From assembly GCA_043733345.1 (NCBI GenBank), contig JAYTGQ010000391.1, forward strand, positions 757 through 64,756: 64,000 bases of DNA, in the 5' to 3' direction. The position numbers and the translations under genes are program-made. Under the pieces are notes generated by a model that saw only the letters and a list, made by a program, of their open reading frames with translations, was not told where the DNA came from and made no database searches. This document shows positions 1 through 10,030 of this stretch, piece after piece (positions within the stretch are counted from its first letter, which is position 1; the number at the start of each line of letters is the position of its first letter). Source of the DNA: Schlesneria sp. (GTDB lineage Bacteria > Planctomycetota > Planctomycetia > Planctomycetales > Planctomycetaceae).

Positions 1-4
1 TCCG

Positions 5-3000
5 GTGATTGATATCAGCAACCTCGTGGTCAACAACAGCGGCACGCGTGCCGTCCCGGTCACGGGCCGTGGTGTGTCGGTCTCGGGGACTGGCACGGCA
101 CTCAACCCGCTGCTCTTGGGCGATATCAATCTGACATTCGTGGCTTCCGACACCAACAGTGTGGAAGAGGCCGTGGCGGTCGTCTTCAGTGCGAATGCCG
201 CCGCCAACGGCACTGTCGGCTCGATCCTGCTCAACGACGTTTCTGCCAGAAACGGCAATCTCGCCGGCCCCGCCAACACCGTTGCTGGCCTCTTCGTGAG
301 CCTGAACACAGTCAACGTCGGCCCGGCCATCACACTGAATGGCCAAAGCAACGCCCAAGTCACCGGCAACAACGGCGACGGCATCTGGATCACCTTGAAC
401 GCGGTGAACGGGACACCCAACCTGAGTGTCTCGGACTACGCCCTAATCGGCACGAACCAGGGTGACGGTGTGATCATCCAACAGGTGAATCTCGCCAACG
501 TGGGGACGGTGGGCATCGCCAACAACATCATCAACGCCAACAACAATAACGGTGTCTTGTTCCTGTCGGGCTTCAACAACGTCAACAACAGCAACACGGG
601 GGTGGTCACGCTGACCGAGAACCAGATCACCGGCCAAGTCACCGGCGATGGCGTTCACATCGGTCCCGTTGGCGACCTAGATAACTCTCTCGACTTCGCC
701 TTCTTGCGGAACACGATCACGACCAACGCGGGCGACGGCGTGAACGTCGTGCTGCCCGTCGTCGGCTTGTTGGCTCCCACATTGAACCTGTCGTTCACCA
801 ACGACACGATTTCGTCGAACACGGGCAACGGCATCCTGGTCGATCTGACCGCCGCTGCGGGTTCTGCGGTGAACGCCAACGTCTCGATCCTCAGCAGCAA
901 TGCGGTGGGAGGGGCGAATCCGATTAGCGGCAACAACTTCTCGGACATTAGCAACAACGGTACCGTCGCCAACGGTGGGATGGGCTTGTTCATCGACTCG
1001 TCGCTGGTCAATGTCGCGAATGCCAACAACATCGTGCTGACGACCGGTGGGACCGGTGGCCTGAACCTGTTCAACCTGAATCACGACGCCGGGATCGGTA
1101 TTGAACTCGGCAGCTTCTCGACCTTGCGGACGAACGTGGCCGGTTCGTCCTTTACGAACACGATCAACGGTGGCCTGCCGATCTACAACGGCGACGGTGT
1201 GTCGATCGTGATGACCGACAACTCTCGGTACACGAACTCCACGTTCAACAACATGACCTTCACCGGCAACGCCGGTTCCGGGTTCTCGTTGCAGACGACG
1301 AACGCGGCCTTCGCCAACTCGCTGACGTTCTCGAACTCGACGTTCTCGAACAACACCACCAACGGGCTGCTGTTCTCACGAAACTCGACGGTGCCGAACA
1401 ACGGCTTCATCCAGAACATCAGCCTCGCCACCAACCAGATCAACGACAACAACGTCGGGATCAACATCCTGTCTCAATTCGCACCGACCACCGACACGTT
1501 CTCGATCACGAACAACACGATCAACTCCAACAACAGCCACGGAATTCAGTTGAACCTGACAGCCGACGCCAACATTGGCTTGGTGCTCAACACGAACTTC
1601 ATCACGAACAACGGGGGCGACGGCATCAACGCCCGAGCCAACTACGGCCCGACGGACGCCGGCCAGTATGCCATCCAGAGTACGAATGACACGATCACCG
1701 GCAACACCGGCGACGGTGTCGATGTGGTCGCCATCCACAACGTCTCCTTCAATAATGCCACGATCTCGAGAAACGTCACGGGTAACGGCGTGACGCTCAC
1801 CGGCACGAACACGCTGGCAGCTAACCCATTCTCGGTGACACCGTTCGGTAGCCCCCCCGCGCCCATCGTGGCCTTGTTGGGGAACTCCATCACGAACAGC
1901 TTCGTGGATGACAACGGCGCGGCCGGTATCGTCATGACGAATCAAGGCGCGATGTTCATCACCATCGGAACGACCCAAATCAACCGGAACGCGGCCGACG
2001 GTATCGACCTGCTGAACAGCGGCAGCATGAACGCGCAGGTGATGACAGCCACGGTCAATCAGAACTTCATCGGAGCCAACGGCGGCGATGGCATCCAGTA
2101 CAGCGGTGTCGGGACCGGTGCCAACAGTGTGGGCAATGCCGGCACGTTCAACGCGACCAACTCGTATGTGAATCAGTTTACAACCAACGCCCTGACGTTC
2201 ACGAACAACACGCTTCAGGCGAACCGAGCCCGCGGGATCAACGTGCTCAACGGCGGCAACATCTCCACCAACCTGAACATTGCTGGCAACATCATCGACC
2301 GGAGCCAACTCGAAGGTGTCTACATCGTGAACACGGCCGCCACGACGCAGAACGTCGATGCGAATGCCAATGCTGCGATGGCTACGGGTGACGCGCTGGC
2401 CGATCCAAGGCTCGGTTTGAGAGTCTTTAACAACCAGATCACCTCCAACGGCCAGATTTCTAACGTCGCGTCCGTCTTCGATACGACGGGCCTCGTGATT
2501 CGCGTGGGGACCAGCGATGCCTCGAACAGTGTTCGAGACAACGGTGGCTTCGCGTCGGCAACGGGTGTGACCAATGCCAACGTCTTGGCCAACGGTGGTC
2601 TCGTCGCCCAAATGGGGCGCGGTGGTGTGCAGGCGCTCGTTCGCAACAACACCTTGGGCGGTAACTACGCTGCGGACGTGACGTTCCAAGGCTTCGTCTC
2701 GACCACAAACCCCGCGACTTCCGCCGGGCAGTGGACCGACAACAACGACGGCACCAACCCCCCTCCAGGGCCGCCGACCGCTCCGCGAAACAATGGAAAC
2801 GACATTTTCAGAGTCGACAGCTATACCTCCGACCCGCTGTCTCGATTGGACTTGGTCTTCAGCAACAACACCGGCAATGCGCTGCGAGCCACCCGAGGCG
2901 ATGCCGCGAGCATCCTCTACAACAATGCGGAAGATGTCTTCAAGTCGCGAACCTTGGCTCAAGACGGTGCCGATTTCCCCGTGGGCGGCTTCGACGCTTC

Positions 3001-3298
3001 AAACCAGAACAATGGCGACGATGGCGGGCCGTTTAACAGTGGCACGCGAGCCCGCAACGCCACGCGGCTGGCCGACAACACGGGTATTTTCAACGCCCCA
3101 CGGAACGTCGGGTCGATCGTCGATGTTCAGAACGCCGGGAACGGCTTCCTCTTCTCGGGTGTCAGCGGTTTCTCGACGTTCCGCCAATCTCAGCCAGTGG
3201 CCAACACGTTCACGCTGCTGTCGGCTGGCTTCGGTGCCCAAGTCAACCAAGGTGCTGGAGTCGGTGAAAACACCTTCAAGTGGGATGCGTTCCCCTGA
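5..3298 (+). CDS. Large secreted/surface parallel beta-helix repeat protein, 5'-partial (frame open to window edge)
   Basis: 1097-aa Asn/Gly/Thr-rich ORF with many repeats of the form NxIxxNxGDG(I/V), typical of right-handed beta-helix (PbH1) proteins; strong GC3 codon bias; terminator follows. Confidence 0.8.
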   Translation: MIDISNLVVNNSGTRAVPVTGRGVSVSGTGTALNPLLLGDINLTFVASDTNSVEEAVAVVFSANAAANGTVGSILLNDVSARNGNLAGPANTVAGLFVSLNTVNVGPAITLNGQSNAQVTGNNGDGIWITLNAVNGTPNLSVSDYALIGTNQGDGVIIQQVNLANVGTVGIANNIINANNNNGVLFLSGFNNVNNSNTGVVTLTENQITGQVTGDGVHIGPVGDLDNSLDFAFLRNTITTNAGDGVNVVLPVVGLLAPTLNLSFTNDTISSNTGNGILVDLTAAAGSAVNANVSILSSNAVGGANPISGNNFSDISNNGTVANGGMGLFIDSSLVNVANANNIVLTTGGTGGLNLFNLNHDAGIGIELGSFSTLRTNVAGSSFTNTINGGLPIYNGDGVSIVMTDNSRYTNSTFNNMTFTGNAGSGFSLQTTNAAFANSLTFSNSTFSNNTTNGLLFSRNSTVPNNGFIQNISLATNQINDNNVGINILSQFAPTTDTFSITNNTINSNNSHGIQLNLTADANIGLVLNTNFITNNGGDGINARANYGPTDAGQYAIQSTNDTITGNTGDGVDVVAIHNVSFNNATISRNVTGNGVTLTGTNTLAANPFSVTPFGSPPAPIVALLGNSITNSFVDDNGAAGIVMTNQGAMFITIGTTQINRNAADGIDLLNSGSMNAQVMTATVNQNFIGANGGDGIQYSGVGTGANSVGNAGTFNATNSYVNQFTTNALTFTNNTLQANRARGINVLNGGNISTNLNIAGNIIDRSQLEGVYIVNTAATTQNVDANANAAMATGDALADPRLGLRVFNNQITSNGQISNVASVFDTTGLVIRVGTSDASNSVRDNGGFASATGVTNANVLANGGLVAQMGRGGVQALVRNNTLGGNYAADVTFQGFVSTTNPATSAGQWTDNNDGTNPPPGPPTAPRNNGNDIFRVDSYTSDPLSRLDLVFSNNTGNALRATRGDAASILYNNAEDVFKSRTLAQDGADFPVGGFDASNQNNGDDGGPFNSGTRARNATRLADNTGIFNAPRNVGSIVDVQNAGNGFLFSGVSGFSTFRQSQPVANTFTLLSAGFGAQVNQGAGVGENTFKWDAFP

Positions 3299-3364
3299 TC
3301 CACGGCTAGAAGCAGAGTGCCGGTTTTACCGGCCTCTACCTGACCGAATGAACACAAATGCCCG

Positions 3365-3393
3365 ACGCCCCGGTGACTTCACCGGGGCGTTTT
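3365..3393 (+). terminator. Intrinsic terminator
   Basis: ACGCCCCGGTG-actt-CACCGGGGCGT stem followed by TTT, about 65 bp after the stop of the beta-helix gene. Confidence 0.75.
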
Positions 3394-3443
3394 CGTTGAG
3401 TTGTGTAGGGCCGGTTCCACCGGCCTTCGGTTTCCCTCGCGGG

Positions 3444-3635
3444 GTGGCCCAGCTTGCTTCAAGCTGGGTGCGTAGCACAAGAAACCTCAGGGCGAACATT
3501 GATGCAGGGCGACGGCACCATTTCGTTCAAACATCCACTCTCAGTTTCTTGGGCCTGCGGCGGGGTGGCCGGGGTGGGAGCCGCTGTGGGCGAAACCCCG
3601 GGGCTTCGCGAAGACGCTCCAGCCCCGGCCACCCC
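3444..3635. repeat. REP-like hairpin cluster
   Basis: GTGGCCCAGCTTGCTTCAAGCT...CACAAGAAAC recurs at ~33157-33203; the GCAGGCCCAAGAAAC arm also occurs at ~5928; nested hairpin GGGGTGGCCGGGG...CCCCGGCCACCCC. Confidence 0.65.
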
Positions 3636-3739
3636 GCCGCCGCTGATGGCCCAGCACTTCGACGCCGCCCAAGATGACCATTGGCGAGCGTGACACCGTG
3701 TGGCTGGGTTCGATCACGCGATTGGGCGAGACGGGGCCG

Positions 3740-5830
3740 TCAGCGCAGCACTTCAAACAGGTTGCTGCGGCCGTCGGTCCAGACGAGGGGCTGTTTGCGC
3801 GGCGGAGCGAAGGGCAGGACTTCGCTCGGCTCCAACTGGATGGCGGCGAGCTTCGAGGCGTCTTGGCAAAGGAACGTCCAGAAGGCGGCTTGTGTGGCGG
3901 ACTCGTGACGTTGGCGGTTGACGAGCGTGACGACACCGAGGTTTGTCTCTTGGGCCAGCCCGTTCAGCAGAGGTCTGAGATCGAAGTGCAGGTTGGAAAT
4001 GTGGCAGGCCAAAATGCCGTTCGGCTTGAGATGCCGCTGATAAACGGCGAAGGCTTCCAGCGTGAGCAGATGCGCGGGGATGGCGTCGCCCGAGAAGGCA
4101 TCGACCACGAGGACATCGAACTGCTGGTCGTCTTCCAGTTCGAGCATCAGCCGCGCGTCGCCCGACACGATGTCCGTCTCGCCACGGCACGCGCTGAGAA
4201 ACGTGAAGTGCTTTTTCGCGAGTCCGATCACGTCGGGATTGATCTCATAGAAACGGAAGCGGTCGCCGGGACGGGCATACGTGGCGAGCGTGCCGATGCC
4301 GAGTCCGATCACGCCGACATGACGCGGCTGATCGACGGAGCCGCCGCGCAGCAGCCGTCCGATCCCGGTGGACTCACCGTAGTACGAGGTCGGGACGAGT
4401 CGCCGGTCGTCCGCTTGAAACTGCGTGCCGTGAACGATCCGCCCGTGAACCATGTCCTGCACCTGTTCGCCCTGCGTGGTCTCTCGCGCTTCGACCTTCA
4501 GTACGCCGTAGAAGTTGCGACTGACGGCGATCGCACCGTCGGCGAAGCGATCCACTTGAGAGAGGACGGCCATCGCCACTCCCAGCACGATCACCGTTCC
4601 CCAACCGCGCGTCAGTGACGGCGGAGCGACGGCGGCATTCGGCGCACGCAGCATCAAGAGCTTCATCGAGAGCAGCGCGAACGCCAACAGTCCCAATTGC
4701 AGCTCGTAGTAAGACGCAAACAGGAACGGGCACGCGAGACAGACAAACAGACCTCCACCCGCTCCGCCCGCTGAGATTGTCAGGTAGTACGTCGTCAGGT
4801 GTCGCGGATGTGGCTTCAAGGAAACCAACTCACCGTGACAGACCATGCAGATGCAGAACATCGTCGCGAAGTAGACGACAACTTGCGTGAAGATTCCCGT
4901 CATCGAGCCTTGCCCCAACACATACAACACGGCCAGGCAACCGATCCCCGCCGCGATGGCGAACGGACGACGGACGTACCAGCGGTCACTGTCGAAGCAG
5001 AGGATGAACGTCAGCAAGTACAGCGCGAGCGGCAGCACCCACAGGAACGGGATCACGGCGACATCGAGACAGACTTGGTTCGTCGTGGCGAGCAGCATCA
5101 CGGACGCGGTCATCGACAGACCGAACCACAGCCCCAACGATTGTCGCGTGGGAACTTCGTCTCGCTCGGCTTGAGTCTCGGGCACAGACAGCGCGAGGCT
5201 GGCGAGCGTCACGGGAGTCGCTCGCTGCCACATCCAGACGGCTGCCGTCGCACAGAGCAGCGCGAAGCCACAGAACAGCAGCGACCACAGCGTCGATTGC
5301 GTTGTCGTGGCGAAGCTCGGTTCGACAATGAACGGGTACGAGACCAAGGCCAACAACGAACCGATGTTCGAGAGTGCATAGAGGCGGTACGGGGAATGAT
5401 GTTCGTGAGTACGACTGAACCAGCCCTGCACGAGCGGTCCCGTCGAGGAGAGGATGAAGTACGGCAGCCCGACGCTGGAGATCGTCAGCAGCATGATGCG
5501 CCACGCGGCCCCGTCGCCGCTCGTCGGCTTCCACGACGGATCGGGCGTGATCGGCAGCGAGATCAAGGCCAGCACGAGCAGGGTCAGATGGAGATAGCCC
5601 TGCTGGCGCGGTGTCAGATAGCGCGTCGTCAGGTGGGCATAGGCATAGCCACCAAACAGCAGCACCTGAAACACCAACATGCACGTCGTCCACACGGCCG
5701 GACTCCCGCCGAACCACGGCAGGATGTACTTGCCGATCAACGGCTGGACCTGAAACAGCAGAAAGGCGCTCGTGAAGATCGTCGCCGCGTAAACGGTGGC
5801 CAAGCTGCGCGAACCGGTGGTCATCGACAT
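3740..5830 (-). CDS. Fused membrane domain / spermidine synthase-like methyltransferase
   Basis: N-terminal multi-TM region (FLLFQVQPLIGKYILPWFGGSPAVW) plus C-terminal SAM-binding domain (VIGLGIGTLA, YEINPDV, GDAR, VVDAFSGDAIP). Confidence 0.88.
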   Translation of the reverse strand: MSMTTGSRSLATVYAATIFTSAFLLFQVQPLIGKYILPWFGGSPAVWTTCMLVFQVLLFGGYAYAHLTTRYLTPRQQGYLHLTLLVLALISLPITPDPSWKPTSGDGAAWRIMLLTISSVGLPYFILSSTGPLVQGWFSRTHEHHSPYRLYALSNIGSLLALVSYPFIVEPSFATTTQSTLWSLLFCGFALLCATAAVWMWQRATPVTLASLALSVPETQAERDEVPTRQSLGLWFGLSMTASVMLLATTNQVCLDVAVIPFLWVLPLALYLLTFILCFDSDRWYVRRPFAIAAGIGCLAVLYVLGQGSMTGIFTQVVVYFATMFCICMVCHGELVSLKPHPRHLTTYYLTISAGGAGGGLFVCLACPFLFASYYELQLGLLAFALLSMKLLMLRAPNAAVAPPSLTRGWGTVIVLGVAMAVLSQVDRFADGAIAVSRNFYGVLKVEARETTQGEQVQDMVHGRIVHGTQFQADDRRLVPTSYYGESTGIGRLLRGGSVDQPRHVGVIGLGIGTLATYARPGDRFRFYEINPDVIGLAKKHFTFLSACRGETDIVSGDARLMLELEDDQQFDVLVVDAFSGDAIPAHLLTLEAFAVYQRHLKPNGILACHISNLHFDLRPLLNGLAQETNLGVVTLVNRQRHESATQAAFWTFLCQDASKLAAIQLEPSEVLPFAPPRKQPLVWTDGRSNLFEVLR

Positions 5831-6180
5831 GCCTTCCCTTTGACGGACTGGAACGAAACGCGAGCTGTCGGGCGCGTGAGTGTTTCACCAAGAGTGGCTC
5901 GGTTGGCTGTTCTTTTGATCGGATACCGCAGGCCCAAGAAACGTCAGTTCGACGTTCGCTGGAGTCCCTGGCAAAGTTCTCGATCACGGTTCGTCAAGAA
6001 GTTTCTTGGGCTTTGCACTCAGCTCACAGCACGCCTGCCACCTGCACTTCGCTGGCCGAGACCGGATGACAACGCCTATGCCGATCTCGGACCTTGCCCC
6101 GTACGTGAGTTCCCCCAGCGAGAGGAAACGTAGCTCGCAATCACAGCTTCGGCGGAACAATGTTGTGAAAAGGCAACATT

Positions 6181-6471
6181 GACGTGACCGACAGAAGTGG
6201 ACTCTCGATATTTCAGCTAAGAATCCGGGGGCTTACGCCCAATGGCACTCACTTTGGGAAAATATCCTGAGCGGCATGGCGCTAGCCGCCGGTTTCTTCG
6301 TTGGAAAAGAACCGGCGGCTAGCGCCGTGCCGCTCACAAAATGCCAAAGTGAGTGCCATTGGGCTGGCGCCGCCCGGCTCACCCAATTCGGACTTCTGTC
6401 GGTCAGGTCAACATTGCCATTGCCGACAGAAGTTGGCGAGCCGCGTGATTTCGACTTTTGTCGGTCACGTC
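6181..6471. mobile_element. Composite MITE (family M4 TIRs enclosing an M3 end and a REP doublet)
   Basis: TIRs GACGTGACCGACAGAAGT / ACTTTTGTCGGTCACGTC; inside, GGACTCTcgatatttCAGCTaAGAATCC (6199-6226) and CCCAATGGCACTCACTTT...GAGCGGCATGGCGCTAGCCGCCGG inverted arms that recur at ~34004-34140 and 56876-57025. Confidence 0.7.
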
Positions 6472-6475
6472 AGCA

Positions 6476-7201
6476 TTACCCACGCTGGTTGAGAAGGGGA
6501 GCGGTCAAAGACGCCAAAGCCACTCGTTGCCGGCCGTGCTCGTTGAAGTTGGCCGGGTCGAGCCAACGCGCGAAGGCGTTCTGGAGAGCCAGCCATTCTT
6601 GGTCGATGGCGGCGTACCAGGCGGTGTCGCGGCTTCTCCCCTTGTAGATGGCGGCCTGGCGGAAGACTCCTTCAAACGACAGGCCGAGTCGCTGTGCGGC
6701 GCGGCGAGACGGCTCGTTCAGCGCGTTGCACTTCCACTCGTACCGGCGGTAGCCGAGACCGAACGCGCGGTCCATCATCAAAAACATGGCCTCGGTGGCG
6801 GCGGGTTTTTGTTGGAGCAGTGGCGAGAAATTCAGATGCCCGACCTCAATCGAACCATGCCGCGGATCGATCCGCAGATAGCTGGCCACTCCCACCGCCT
6901 TGCCGTGCGCCTTGTCGATGATGGCGAAGAACAAGGGGTCACTCTTGGCAGCCGACTCGCTCAGCCAGACGAAAAAGTCTTCCAACGTGGCAAACGGCCC
7001 GTAGGGCAGATACGTCCAGTTCCGGCCGTCCGCATCAAGGCTGTTGGCCTCGTAGAGTTCGCGAGCGTGACGCTCCGGGTCGAGCGCCTCCAACCGGCAA
7101 AAGACACCTTCCATCGTGTCACGAGACGGAAGCGCTGGCGGCTTCCAATCGGGAACCAACAGTCCCACCGGCTGCCCTAATTGATTCGTCTCGTGCTGCA
7201 T
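6476..7201 (-). CDS. GNAT family N-acetyltransferase (RimJ/RimL, YdaF-like)
   Basis: Motifs WTYLPYGPF, GSIEVGHLNFSPLLQ, GYRRYEWKCNALNEPSRRAAQRLG, EGVFRQ...RDTAWYA; ATG preceded by TGAGG. Confidence 0.9.
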   Translation of the reverse strand: MQHETNQLGQPVGLLVPDWKPPALPSRDTMEGVFCRLEALDPERHARELYEANSLDADGRNWTYLPYGPFATLEDFFVWLSESAAKSDPLFFAIIDKAHGKAVGVASYLRIDPRHGSIEVGHLNFSPLLQQKPAATEAMFLMMDRAFGLGYRRYEWKCNALNEPSRRAAQRLGLSFEGVFRQAAIYKGRSRDTAWYAAIDQEWLALQNAFARWLDPANFNEHGRQRVALASLTAPLLNQRG

Positions 7202-7247
7202 CCTCAATATCCAGTCTTGTAGGGACGGTCGGAGCGCTTGGAGGCGG

Positions 7248-7718
7248 CTACCTCACGCCGATCAGGAGCAGGACAATGAGAAGCAACCAAACAGCAGCAA
7301 GCACGAACAGCATCCGGCCTGTGGAGAACGCGAAATAGAACCACCCCTCCCCGAGTTTGCCAGCTAAGGGTGGAAAAGCGGCCGCTTGCCCAGTCCTTTT
7401 CCACCAATTCTTGACTTCATGCATTTGCTCGAACGCAATCCGAACGACGTTCAACGCAGTCATGCTTGAAGCGATCCCCAGCAACCCAATAGCCACGAGA
7501 CCGATCGTGACGCAAGCGGAAGTCCACGGCCGACACTTTGCCTTGTCATAAAGGTCGATTCCCTTCACGAATGCTGTGAACAAAAACCCTTGTAACACTA
7601 GCAACCATGTTACGCGGTTGTTGACGAGTCCGTCCTCGTGGCGGATCAGTTCCCTCGCTACGTCGAACTTCTCTTTGTTGGTCAAGGCACCCTCCGGCAC
7701 TGATACTTCTTCCGCCAC
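7248..7718 (-). CDS. Small 2-3 TM membrane protein of unknown function
   Basis: 156 aa, GTG start; RHEDGLVNNRVTWLLVLQGFLF helix followed by hydrophobic segments; codon usage visibly less GC3-biased than neighbours. Confidence 0.65.
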   Translation of the reverse strand: MAEEVSVPEGALTNKEKFDVARELIRHEDGLVNNRVTWLLVLQGFLFTAFVKGIDLYDKAKCRPWTSACVTIGLVAIGLLGIASSMTALNVVRIAFEQMHEVKNWWKRTGQAAAFPPLAGKLGEGWFYFAFSTGRMLFVLAAVWLLLIVLLLIGVR

Positions 7719-7842
7719 CTACAGAACAGTTAAGCGTCCTACGTGCGGCCAAGTATGAGTCGGTCGTCGAAGTGGCATAAATGTTCCGAAGAGAGAATGC
7801 CGCTGTTTTTTGGGCACGTCAACAAACGTTTGTGGTTTCCGC

Positions 7843-7872
7843 CTCGTTCCCAAGCTGCGGCTTGGAAACGAG
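7843..7872. repeat. REP hairpin (CTCGTTCCCAAGC family)
   Basis: CTCGTTCCCAAGC-tgcg-GCTTGGAAACGAG; related arm at ~56236-56255. Confidence 0.65.
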
Positions 7873-7995
7873 ACCAAATGATCAAAACGATGTTGGCTCG
7901 TTAGGGATGGTACGAAAACCAGTGGATCGGGCCATGATCCTTCGGGCACAGCACTCGGACCAAACGCGGTCCGCGACGAAAACAGGAGCCAGCCG

Positions 7996-8211
7996 ATGAT
8001 TCGTCTGAAGGGACTTTGGAAACTGTCGTCACTCCATCTGGAACAGCCGCTGTCGCTGCCCGAGGGAACCGAGGTCGTCGTCGAAATCCGGACGATCGAC
8101 GAAGCGACGGACGCCGAGTGGCGGGAGTTGGGCATGCAGCGTCTCGAAGCGGAATGGGACAATCCCGCCGATGCCGTCTACGACAACTGGAAAGAGTTGT
8201 ATGGCGTTTGA
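7996..8211 (+). CDS. Antitoxin-like protein (AF2212/DUF104-like)
   Basis: 71 aa, LHLEQPLSLPEGTEVVVEI motif, acidic C-terminus EWDNPADAVYD; overlaps the start of a PemK-like toxin. Confidence 0.7.
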   Translation: MIRLKGLWKLSSLHLEQPLSLPEGTEVVVEIRTIDEATDAEWRELGMQRLEAEWDNPADAVYDNWKELYGV

Positions 8212-8300
8212 ACCCGGTGATGTCGTCCTCGTGCCGTTTCCCTACCGCGATGCGGCCGCCGTGAAGACCCGCTCTGCGGTTGTGGTTGAGAGTTCTTCTT
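8201..8300 (+). pseudogene. PemK/MazF-like toxin, N-terminal fragment
   Basis: MAFEPGDVVLVPFPYRDAAAVKTRSAVVV matches the PemK N-terminus (GDVVLVPFP...KxRPAVVV); the reading frame then runs into REP DNA. Confidence 0.75.
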
Positions 8301-8501
8301 CAGCCCGGAGGGCGCCGGAGTGTAGCCCACGGCGCGAGCCGTGGGGACGGGTGCAACAGGCTCCAACAGCCCGGAGGGCGACACTTCGTTGAGACTGGCA
8401 CCCACGCGCGGAGAGTATCGCCCTCCGGGCTAAAACAGGCACTTGCTCACCCATCCCACGGCTCGCGCCGTGGGCTACCCTCTGACGCCCTCCGGGCTGA
8501 A
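8301..8501. repeat. REP doublet cluster
   Basis: AGCCCGGAGGGCG twice forward, CGCCCTCCGGGCT twice reverse; hairpins CCCACGGCGCGAGCCGTGGG and CCCACGGCTCGCGCCGTGGG arranged as one large inverted repeat. Confidence 0.8.
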
Positions 8502-8536
8502 GAGCAAACCATTTGCGAGAAACCGGGGTCACACCG

Positions 8537-9811
8537 TCACGCTGCAATGGACTCGGGCAACCCTCCCTGGCGGTGGCGGGTGGTCAGGAGGTGGATCGCG
8601 GCGGTCAGGCCGTGCAGGGCGTCGTCGATCTGAGCCGTTTGGTGCAGCACGCGGAGGTTGTCACTGAGGGACTGTTGCAACTCGGTCAGCTTTCCTTCGC
8701 CGTGCGAGATGGCTTGCAGCGTCCGGCCGATCTCCTTGAAGTCGTCTCGTAACAGACCGACGCCTTGGAGTGTCTTTTCGATGTGCGTCAAGTGGTGGCT
8801 TTGTCGAGTCTCGACCTGAGTCAGCATGTTGAGCAGTCGATTGTCGGTCTTGGTGTCGAGTGATTCGTGTCGCTGTTCGAGGACATTCAGCGCGGTGGTC
8901 CACGCGGCCGCTTCCTGTTTCTGGCGGTCGTCGAACCGTTGGAAGAGGCTCTCCATGCTTTGAGTCCAGACGGCGACTTGACGATCGAACGTCGTAGCCA
9001 TGATGCGCAGCGCGTCATCATTGGCCGATTGAACCATGTTCAGGAACGGCGTGAGATTGGCGTGTTTCACCTCGAAGCGATTGAGCAGTTCGCGTTCGAT
9101 GAAGCGGTCGATAAAGCCGTCGAAACTGTGTTCGATCCGTTCGCAGACAAACAACGCGAACATCATCGTCATGGCCGTGGCCAGCGCGACGGTGGTCGTG
9201 TTGAACGCTTCGCCCATCTCGGACACGACGACGGGCAGCCGATCGGCCATCTCATCAAACGAAATACCGCTGAGTGCCGTGCCGAAGTGAACGACCGTCC
9301 CGAGGAACCCGAGGACCGGGCTGATGGCGATGATGAATCGCACCAGCGAATAGCGGGCGTGAGTCGTGTCCTCGCCCCGGTTGGACAGGTAGTTCAGATG
9401 CTCGCGGTAGTCTTCGGCGGAACCGTTCTCAATCACGTAGCCCAGCGCCTGCGCGACGCGCTGTCCGATCTTCGATTCGATCAGCCAGAGCGGCTTGGCT
9501 TGAACTGTCTTCAGCAGCTCGTGCGCGTGAGCCACCGGTTCGCGGCCGTTCCTCGGCGGCAACCACGTCTCGCGCAGAGCCATGCTTTCACGCGGGAATG
9601 AAAACGTCTTCAGGACGATGTCGGCGATCCCCCAGAAGAACAGCGCCACGATGACGTAATCTACGGGATGCTCGGTGGCATAACGTGCCAACAGCGTGTC
9701 GTGAAACGACGGCTGAAGCACGATCCCGTAGAAGATCGTCGTGCTGGCCGCGCCGAGAATCAGCGACAAGTCCAGCGTCTTGAGAATGGTCGGTTTGAAT
9801 TTATTGAGCAT
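8537..9811 (-). CDS. MotA/TolQ/ExbB proton channel family protein with long C-terminal coiled coil
   Basis: SPVLGFLGTVVHFG and MGEAFNTT motifs of the ExbB/TolQ TM2-TM3 region; start set at MLNKFK. Confidence 0.82.
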   Translation of the reverse strand: MLNKFKPTILKTLDLSLILGAASTTIFYGIVLQPSFHDTLLARYATEHPVDYVIVALFFWGIADIVLKTFSFPRESMALRETWLPPRNGREPVAHAHELLKTVQAKPLWLIESKIGQRVAQALGYVIENGSAEDYREHLNYLSNRGEDTTHARYSLVRFIIAISPVLGFLGTVVHFGTALSGISFDEMADRLPVVVSEMGEAFNTTTVALATAMTMMFALFVCERIEHSFDGFIDRFIERELLNRFEVKHANLTPFLNMVQSANDDALRIMATTFDRQVAVWTQSMESLFQRFDDRQKQEAAAWTTALNVLEQRHESLDTKTDNRLLNMLTQVETRQSHHLTHIEKTLQGVGLLRDDFKEIGRTLQAISHGEGKLTELQQSLSDNLRVLHQTAQIDDALHGLTAAIHLLTTRHRQGGLPESIAA

Positions 9812-9855
9812 GGTTGTCTCGATTCGTGGTGGGACGGTGACTGGGAATTGTGAGG

Positions 9856-10030
9856 AGAGAGAAGTGACGAGAGACAAGAGCCAGAAAAAAGACGAGAGTG
9901 GAGAGACGAGCGTCGAGAGCCAGCAAAGAAGTCGATAGCGGAGAGTTGAAAGCCTGCGGCAGCATCTTCTCTGGCTCTAGACTCTCGTCTCTCCACTCTC
10001 GTCTTTTTTCTGGCTCTCAACTCTCCGCTC
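9856..10030. repeat. AG-rich inverted repeats (downstream flank of four-helix-bundle cassette)
   Basis: Perfect 33-bp IR 9878-9910 / 9984-10016; the outer arm ~9856-9886 is the inverse of ~10560-10592. Confidence 0.8.

Noticed and set aside
1376-2962. 528-aa minus-strand ORF
   Set aside because: Antisense shadow of the beta-helix gene caused by high GC3 bias; no protein-like motifs.
4799-6133. 444-aa plus-strand ORF (also 3674-4618)
   Set aside because: Antisense to the spermidine-synthase-like gene; Arg-rich shadow composition.
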